Below are positions 59,241 through 64,000 of a stretch of DNA of 64,000 nt, piece by piece. The notes under the pieces were generated by a model, which worked only from the letters and a program-made list of their open reading frames with translations, did no database searches and was not told where the DNA came from. This DNA is from Lingula anatina. Taxonomy: Eukaryota > Animalia > Brachiopoda. The DNA lies in contig CM120640.1 in NCBI GenBank assembly GCA_051362555.1, positions 45,362,788 to 45,426,787 of the forward strand, read 5' to 3'. Position numbers and translations under genes: made by a program. How positions within the stretch are numbered: the stretch's first letter is position 1; every line of letters starts with the position of its first letter.

Positions 59241-60996
59241 TTAACTGTCTACTGGAGTATGTGGGTGGGATCCAGAAACAATCACTTGCACAACAAATCC
59301 CTTGGGAATTTTACAATCTTCTATCTTCATTTTATCACTAAGTAAGCGACCAGAAAAGAACCATCTTTGCCGAGATGGGTCAATGCCTTCCTCTGTTTGG
59401 ATTTTCCTTTTCACTTTCAACACAGTGTCTGTTGTACGTACTGAGAGCTTTAGGTCTTTCCCAGTGGAGAGCCTAAGTTTCACTAAGGTCTCTGGTCCTG
59501 TTGAGACAGACTCGGAGTCTGTGGCTGTGTCACTCTCGCTCACTTCTTCTATGAGATTTGTTGGAGAGCTCAAAACATATACTGGGAGCTGATACCGATT
59601 TCCTAGCTCATCATAACAATCCATTAATGTCCCTGGAAAACATTAAGGAAAACATTTCAAATTGTAACTTAAAACACTTGATCACACGAGGAAAAATATC
59701 ATCACCTACATTTTCCTCCAGATTCTTTTGTGTGTTGGCAGGTCTAGGACAGGGACAGGATGGAGTGGCACAGATACACCCCCCTCCCTCAAAACATTCT
59801 ATGTTGTTTTTTATTTTACATACAAACAGTTCAGGATAATTCAGATGAATTGAGGTGACTCTTAAAAGGTAAATCATATTATCACAATTAATATAATCAT
59901 TTCTCCCTTCAGTGTCCAATATTTAGGCCCTGTGGATTTAATTCAATCCTACCTAGCTTAAATATGGGACGCTAAGTAAATCTAAAACAACTCTTTTTCT
60001 CATGTGCAACAACAAATATGCCATGCTGAAACTCACCATTAGGGAGAGAAATGCTGGCTCCATCCACAATAGCTTGTGCCAAAGTATGATCTCCAGTCTC
60101 TAATGCATAGGCAGCAGCTTTCAGTGCATCCCAAATCTCTTTACGGCCTTCAAATGCTGGAGCAGTGTCCCAGAACTCATCTCTCTTACTTCGTAACTGG
60201 CCCTCTGTCAAAGGAATGTCACTTTTCCATTTTTGTTTATCAGACTTGAGAGGCTGATTGCGCCCGACTGACACTGAAAAAATAAGGTGACACTTATTAA
60301 GTCAAACAATTCATTGCTATTACACATTTTGGCAAAAAGATATAATATTAAAACATGATGATAATAAATTAGAAATAATAATAATGGTGATAATGGTAAT
60401 AAAAATAATCATAATTAATACAAATAAATAAAGAAATGTTTCCTTTTCAGTGAACAAGACAGCACAAATGAACTGATGTTTGCAAATGTTGGAAGTTACA
60501 GTGTTGCTGTTTATGTAGGAGAAACAATACATGCGATATTTCAAGCTTGAGCTTGCTTCAAAAATATATACATATATTTAAAAATGGTACTAAGCAGAGT
60601 GCTTAGTTATACATACAAGGAAATTTATCTGTCAAGTGATTTAAATGATGTAATCAATTCAGAAACGCTGTGACCGAGATAATTAAATTATGATTAAGTT
60701 TGCAATGGATCTACTGCCGCACAGAATCGGTCTTGATATAGATGTTTAAGGCATTTACAAGCTTCATCAATGAATACGTTGTACTATTCATTTAATATTT
60801 TATGCCTGCATCTGATTAATACTTGTAAGTGATTGCTAGCTTCAGGCGCCGCACAACAGTCAACACTTGACTTGTCACCATCGTAAACAAACAAAAAACA
60901 TTATGTGAAATAATTACCCGTGTTTGGTCCACCGCTACTCTCTGGATCACCTGTGCTTCCTGAGCCACCACGAGAGGTACCCATGCACCCACCCAT
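59241..60996 (-). CDS. UBTD1/2: Ubiquitin domain-containing protein UBTD1/2 (DC-UbP). Exons 60996-60918, 60273-60037, 59632-59241
   Basis: MGGCMG N-terminus (myristoylation/palmitoylation-type). [66 protein letters not shown], and a C-terminal ubiquitin-like domain ([10 protein letters not shown]). Confidence 0.95.
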
Positions 60997-61303
60997 TACC
61001 GAGGGGCTACAAGGAAGTACCCAACTAAAAACAAATTCGGGATTCCTTCTTTTTCCTTAGATGGGAAAATGACGTCAGGAGATTAAAAAAGGTCCGCATA
61101 GATACCGCTTACTGAATCATGATTGGTTAATATGCATTGAAGTGTAAGAAAAATAATGTATTTACATAATAAAGTCACGTTATTTTAACTTTGAAACTAA
61201 TAGTCTTCATATTCTTGAACCATAATCTGGATATGGACAAATTTGCAGTACCTCATCAAATTTAATTAATTTCGAGTTGCATCTGGTGCAGACTTGCAAG
61301 AAC
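60997..61303. promoter_or_regulatory. 307-bp bidirectional promoter region between the UBTD and MMS19 start codons
   Basis: Divergent ATGs at 60996 (-) and 61304 (+). Perfect palindromic CRE TGACGTCA at 61070-61077, ATTGG (CCAAT) at 61122-61126, and YY1-like AACATGGC over the MMS19 start. Confidence 0.75.
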
Positions 61304-64000
61304 ATGGCAGCGCCCATGTGGATCAACGCGCTGGAGGTGTATGTCAATGGACATCAAGCTACAGGTGTTGACACCATTTCAAAAGGTTTGACTACATCAA
61401 ATTTGCATGATACTGTTTTTCAACCGTTCCTTTTTAAATAGGAACAGAAAAATGTGAATCTTAATACCATTAAAAACCCTTATATTGTCTTTTTAAAATT
61501 GATGATTGGAATGTTTATGTAATTATGCACACATTACCTACTTTCTATATTTCAGTGCAGCCAGTTTAACGCACTTGGTTTTGAGCATTCTTGGTTTGTA
61601 TTATGTAGTGCCCGTTCATCTTCTTATTGTTTATTGCTGCTTGCTTTGCCATTTGATCAATGAAAGAATATGTAAAGGTTGTACATCAAATTTGAATGGT
61701 GCTTCCTTTGCTATTTGATTGGTGAAAGAACATGTAAACCACACAAAACTTTGAATGTTTCAGGTATTATTGGGAAAGAAATACAGCTAGTTGAACTAAT
61801 AGAAAAGCTCGGGTAAGTTTTTCCTCTTAAGATATTATGTCAGAAAATATTCAGTATCTGCATGGAAAAAATGGTGAGAAAAAGAGCAATGCAAAAAAGA
61901 TACCAGTTCCTTTAAGAGTAGTTTGACTTATATTGGCATTCAAATGGTACGTGTAGATGAAACAAATGTATATACTAAACATAACAGCTTGCGTTTGTTA
62001 TTCAACAAAGTTTCAATCTGTTTGTCAAGTCCTCACTTAACCAGTGCTGACACAGCTGTAAGATGTAGAGGAACACGACTATTGGGAGAGGTTCTGCACA
62101 GGTTGCCAAAAGATTTCCTTACAATAAAGGAAGGTAAAACAAAAGAGATGATTCAAGAAAATATGTTATTTTTATTACCACATTTTAAAATAGTCATTTT
62201 TCCACTAAAATTCTATTGAAAGAAAAAGAAAGAGTCAAAGCTTTTGATGATTACATTTGAAAATCATCTTTACTCTCTTTAACTTAATGTGCACAAGGGG
62301 ATGAGACAAAAGGAGATGTGGAATACCGTTTTAAAGATAATGTTGATGATGTTTATATCATCAACTTAAGAAATATGTTAGTCTAGAAAAACACTATAAA
62401 TTAAATTTAATATTTATCCAAAGGCAAAGTATTTCACCTGCAGTTTCACTCTCTGTTCTTCAAAAAAGTTTGTCGCTGATTTCTTAAATTTATCAGCGTA
62501 AATGATGTTTTAACAAACTTCTAGTTATTAGCCTCACAAGCAAAGCTTTAAGTTATATTTAGCATCTGGATTTTGCAGGATTATGATACTGTGATTGTTC
62601 ATTTCAGTGGAGCTGTTGGTAAACTTCTTCAGTGATAGATTAAAGGATCATCATTCAGTGACTCCACATGTGCTGTTTGGTTTACTTGCTATGGTATGTA
62701 TCAAAACAGTAAATCTTCCCAAGTATATAAATGCAGTTTCAATTTTAATTGTGATAGAGTACTGTAGCAGCCATGCAGAAATTCCAAGCAATACACATTA
62801 ACTTAACTTTTTAGATTTTTTTCTTTAAGGCATTAAACTGTTTTCTATTTTAGTCCACTTTCACCCACCTGCCACCTGGTAGTGGACAACAGATGGTGAA
62901 GGAAGTATCCAAAGAAGTGCATGTACAGTCTTTGGCTCAAGCAGACCGGCGATCTGCATACAGTATACTAATAAATTTACTTCATACTAAGATGGAGGGT
63001 GAGTATAATGGGTAGTAAATAAAACACTGCCCCAATGCTCTTGTGTGCATAGCAACCGTAAAATGAATGTTTGTGATAATTGTTCTGTAATTGTCCTATC
63101 GTATTGTGTGTATTTGCTAACCATGCAGTTGGCTCCATCTGTAGCAAGTCTATTACCAAATTGAATATCTTTCATTAAAAGAATGTTCATTTGCAGTTTT
63201 TTGCAATATTTTTGTAGTATTTAGTGTTATTTGACCATTGCTGAAATTTTATGTTATGCTTTTTGAATACCTTCAATACAGAACTTAAACCAATGGGAGC
63301 AGACTTTGTATATAGCTTCATCCAAACAATGGATGGTGAACGAGACCCACGAAATTTGGTCCTTGCCTTCAATATTGTTCCTGTAATAGTGCAGAACTTT
63401 CCTATAGGTAAGTGCCTTTTTAGTTAAAAAAGTTAAAAGTGGCCTTTTCCAACTTTTTAAAAATTTTTCCTTCATTTTAAATAGAACCAAGTAAAAACAG
63501 AAATGAAACTATATTGCTGAACTTATGATAACTGAAATAACAGATTTTGATTTGTTTAACATTATTATTTTTATTAAAAACATGTCGCACATATGTTGCT
63601 TATTGGTGACTAACAGATTTATGTTTGATATATGGTATTTTCCAATTAAAGGAATGTTTGCAGAGGAGTTATTTGAAGTCACTTCCTGTTATTTTCCCAT
63701 TGATTTTACTCCGGTAAGTGATCTATTACTTAGGTCTTCTGTTGTGTGAGTTTGGTCTGTTTTACATATTTTTGACAGAGTTATATACATAAGCAGTTTC
63801 CTTCCTGTTTCATCCAGTGTCATGTAACATTACATTCATAAACTTAACAAAATATTATGTTATATTTACAGATCTTGACATGAACCACTTTCACGACTCT
63901 CAATAAAATTGAATGAAAATCGTACATTGTTTGCAAAAACTCTCTGTTAAAAATAGCTTAGCTTGTACTTTTTTCTTTAACTTTTGTATCTAGCCTCCAA
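61304..64000 (+). CDS. MMS19: MMS19 cytosolic Fe-S assembly component (3'-partial). Exons 61304-61385, 61764-61812, 62030-62133, 62608-62693, 62854-62998, 63282-63407, 63652-63713, 63994->64000
   Basis: LVELIEKLGPHLTS..RCRGTRLLGEVL, FFSDRLKDHH, EVHVQSLAQADRR, MGADFVYSFIQTMDGERDPRNL, FAEELFEVTSCYFPIDFTPP. These are diagnostic MMS19 N-terminal motifs and the phases are consistent. Confidence 0.95.

Overview
Eukaryotic, AT-rich, intron-containing animal genomic DNA. It looks like a marine lophotrochozoan, possibly a mollusc (inference from gene and repeat content). I assembled exon chains by hand from GT-AG sites and reading-frame phase. In order: the 3' part of a type I membrane C-type lectin (+); two tandem paralogous secreted PAN/Apple + pentraxin/LamG-like genes (-); a class A peptide-type GPCR with an intronless CDS (+); cathepsin L (-); a 59-aa spliced UQCR11 gene missing from the ORF track, with an NRF-1/GABP-type promoter (+); an aquaglyceroporin (-); TTC24 ending in a CaaX box (+); and UBTD1/2 (-) head-to-head with MMS19 (+, runs off the window). 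Repeats include three Tc1 elements, two CACT-terminal non-autonomous elements, a TTAA-flanked MITE, a 132-bp MITE with a 9-bp TSD, a 5'-truncated CR1-group LINE, a tRNA-derived SINE head, a 36-bp minisatellite and microsatellites. There is no CRISPR array or prokaryotic system. The best leads are the uncharacterised PAN-pentraxin/LamG pair with its gene-conversion-like tract, the UBTD-MMS19 bidirectional pair, the hidden UQCR11 gene and the TTC24 tail.
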